From positions 1-27,614 of the forward strand of contig CAXULY010000060.1 of assembly GCA_964252075.1 (NCBI GenBank): a DNA stretch of 27,614 bases, given 5' to 3'. The position numbers were made by a program, and so were the translations under genes. Each line of letters opens with the position of its first letter. Positions within the stretch are counted from its first letter, which is position 1. Shown in pieces: positions 25,284 through 27,614 of this stretch. The DNA comes from an uncultured Deinococcaceae bacterium. Its GTDB lineage: Bacteria > Deinococcota > Deinococci > Deinococcales > Deinococcaceae. The notes under the pieces are model-generated. The model ran no database searches. It saw only the letters and a program-made list of their open reading frames with translations, and was not told the origin of the DNA.

Positions 25284-25486
25284 ACCGCCACTGTGCGACA
25301 CGCTTGGGGAAGATGCGTGGCAGGGGCGTCAAGTGGGGTTGAGCGAACGGTCATGCGGCCTGAAGTGAATAGGGATGCGGGACAGCCCACGTGAGAGGCC
25401 GGAACACCAAGCGCTTTACGGCCTTTAAACCTGTTGTAGGATGGGCCGCTTCTCCATCACGCCATGTCCATCCTGCATCAGGAGTT

Positions 25487-26303
25487 TTGCTGCGAAAATC
25501 CCTGACCGGTGCCGTCGCCCTGTCCGCCGTCCTCGCCGCCTGCGCCCAGAGCCCCCAGCCCATGCCCCCCGGCCCTGGCACCGGAGGCAACCAGAACGTG
25601 ACGAAACAGGGCGACGTCGTTGTGCTCCAAGTGGCCTGAGGACCACAGGTTTCCACCGCCGCCAGTGCCACTTTCCAGAGCTTGTCGAGCGCCACTCAGC
25701 CCACCACACTGCTCAGTGCCCTTGCCGACACCTGCACTGTGGCTCAGGGCTCGGCGCCCGGCCCTGACCCCATGACCCCGCCAGGAACCACCACGTCCCT
25801 CAACGCGGGCGACCCCGTCATCCTGAAGGCCAATCTCCCTGAACCGACAGGGCGCTGGCGTGTATGGGTCTGACAGCAGCACACCTCTCCCGGCGCTGCC
25901 CAGCGGCTTGACGGTGGATGTGCCAGGGGCAAGTGGCGGCTTCCCCGCCTTCAGTGGCACCCCCTTCCCCACGACGCCCCAGGCGGTGACGCTGACCGCG
26001 CCCGCGGACGGAAGTGTCACCTCAAGCACCACCTTCGCGTGGTCCAGTCCCAGCAACGACCCCAACACCCTGGTGCTGATTGGCGGTGTGCAGCCCTCAC
26101 CCGCCGCGTCGTTTGTGTGCTTTGCTCGGGACGACGGCAGCTTCAGCTTCTCCAGTGCCACCCAGGCGCAACTCGCCACTGCGGGCTTCACGCAGGGCCA
26201 GTTGAACCACACGGGGCGCTTCGCGGTGCGTACCACTGTGCAGGGTGACGCGGTCCTCAACACCTACATCCTGAACCTGCAGCCGCTCGCTCCCACGCTT
26301 TGA
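25487..26303 (+). pseudogene. Disrupted lipoprotein gene
   Basis: AGGAG-TTG start, lipobox LAAC, in-frame TGA 25637-25639, frame change near 25835-25860, consistent S/T/P-rich composition across fragments. Confidence 0.8.
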
Positions 26304-26310
26304 CGCCAGA

Positions 26311-26342
26311 GGGGGCGGCGAACGCATGCGTTCGCCGCCCCC
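26311..26342. terminator. Perfect 32-bp palindrome between convergent genes
   Basis: GGGGGCGGCGAACGCATGCGTTCGCCGCCCCC. Confidence 0.75.
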
Positions 26343-26355
26343 GTGTTCCGACCGC

Positions 26356-27614
26356 TCAGCGGCGGGTGCGGTAGCGCGCCTCCAGTTCAGCCTTGAGGTC
26401 CGCGAAGGGCACGCCCTTGCGCTCGCCGCTCCCGACCGCGCCGCGCTCGCGCACGCTCACCGCGCGGTCCTGCTCCTCGGCGTCCCCCACCACCAGCATC
26501 ACGGGGATCTTGTGCAGCTCCGCATCCCGGATCTTCGCGTTCATGCGGCTATTAGAGTCATCCACCTCCGCGCGCAGGCCAGCGGCGCGCAGCTCGGCCT
26601 CCAGCTCTCGCGCGTACGGCACGTGACGGTCCGCGATGGGAATCACCACCACCTGACGCGGCGCCAGCCACAGCGGAAAGTCCCCCGCCGTGTTCTCGAT
26701 CAGGAAGGCCGTCATGCGCTCCATGGTGGAGATCACGCCGCGGTGAATCATGATGGGCTGCGAACGCCCGCCTTCCTCGTTCACGTACTCCAGCTCGAAG
26801 CGCTGCGGCAGCAGGAAATCCAGCTGCACCGTGCTGATCGTCTCGTCCTTGCCGAGCGCGCTCTTCACCTGCACGTCCAGCTTCGGGCCGTAGAAGGCCG
26901 CGTCGCCGGGCGACTCGTAATAACTGAGGCCCAGGTCTGTCAGCGCCTGACGCAACTGCGCCTCTGCGGTGTTCCACATGCCGTCGTCCGGGTAGTACTT
27001 CTCGGCGTCATTCACGTCCCGCAGGCTCAGGCGGTAGCTGTACTCCTCGAAGCCCAGCACCTCATACACGCCCTGGATGAGGCGCACCACCTTCTTGAAC
27101 TCGTCCTGAATCTGGTCCGGGCGGCAGAAGATGTGCGCGTCGTTCAGGGTCATGCTGCGCACCCGCGAGAGGCCCGTCAGCTGACCGGACTGCTCGAAGC
27201 GGTACATGGTGCCCAGCTCCGCGATCTTCACGGGCAGGTCGCGGTAACTGCGCGGCGAGTGCTTGAACACCTGAATGTGGTGCGGGCAGTTCATGGGCCG
27301 CAGCACCAGCTCCTCCTGGTCGATCTTCATGACGGGGAACATGTCCTCGCGGTAGTGATCCCAGTGCCCGCTGATCTTGTACAGCTCGCTTTTCGCCATG
27401 GCGGGCGTGTACACGTGCTGGTAGCCCTGCGCGATCTCCAGATCCACGATGAAGCGCTCCAGTTCGCGGCGGATGGTGGCGCCGCCCGGCAGCCACACGG
27501 GGAGGCCCGGCCCGATCACGTCGCTGGTGAAGAACAGCTCCAGCTCTTTGCCGATGCGTCGGTGGTCGCGGCGTTTGGCTTCCTCAAGGCTGAGCAGGTA
27601 GGCGTCCAGCTCCG
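26356..27614 (-). CDS. thrS: Threonine--tRNA ligase (5' end outside window)
   Basis: [47 protein letters not shown], anticodon-binding domain. Confidence 0.98.
   Translation of the reverse strand, partial: ELDAYLLSLEEAKRRDHRRIGKELELFFTSDVIGPGLPVWLPGGATIRRELERFIVDLEIAQGYQHVYTPAMAKSELYKISGHWDHYREDMFPVMKIDQEELVLRPMNCPHHIQVFKHSPRSYRDLPVKIAELGTMYRFEQSGQLTGLSRVRSMTLNDAHIFCRPDQIQDEFKKVVRLIQGVYEVLGFEEYSYRLSLRDVNDAEKYYPDDGMWNTAEAQLRQALTDLGLSYYESPGDAAFYGPKLDVQVKSALGKDETISTVQLDFLLPQRFELEYVNEEGGRSQPIMIHRGVISTMERMTAFLIENTAGDFPLWLAPRQVVVIPIADRHVPYARELEAELRAAGLRAEVDDSNSRMNAKIRDAELHKIPVMLVVGDAEEQDRAVSVRERGAVGSGERKGVPFADLKAELEARYRTRR

Noticed and set aside
25637..25639. TGA as selenocysteine or read-through
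   Set aside because: No redox motif context, and a downstream frameshift breaks the gene anyway.

Overview
GC-rich window that looks like Deinococcus (inferred from -10 boxes sitting 5-7 nt before ATGs and a Deinococcus/Thermus-type pilin). Bases ~1-19,200 are a prophage-derived element abutting tRNA-Val(GAC)/tRNA-Cys(GCA). Reading the minus strand, it has a 5'-truncated antirepressor, a replication initiator with a DnaC-like loader, terminase small and large subunits, portal, minor head, scaffold, decoration and major capsid genes. No tail, endolysin or integrase gene is visible in the window. Two apparent deletion junctions (~3,805 and ~19,095) would explain those absences. Notable structure: (i) four cargo genes (Cys-rich small protein, membrane protein, type IV pilin, collagen-like lipoprotein), each ended by a related UUCG-loop hairpin; (ii) a fixed-spacing motif TGTCACRC-N7-GANNNT-GN4C-A before four late genes or operons; (iii) a chain of hairpins at 9-260 whose G.U pairs favour a minus-strand RNA; (iv) an XRE gene with two operators and a tandem pair of small paralogues. 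Bases 19,214-27,614 are ordinary host DNA: two tRNAs, GDPD, GNAT, GH3 beta-glucosidase, PadR plus partner, a membrane protein, a broken lipoprotein gene and the 3' part of thrS. All protein calls are from motif recognition by eye, not database searches.
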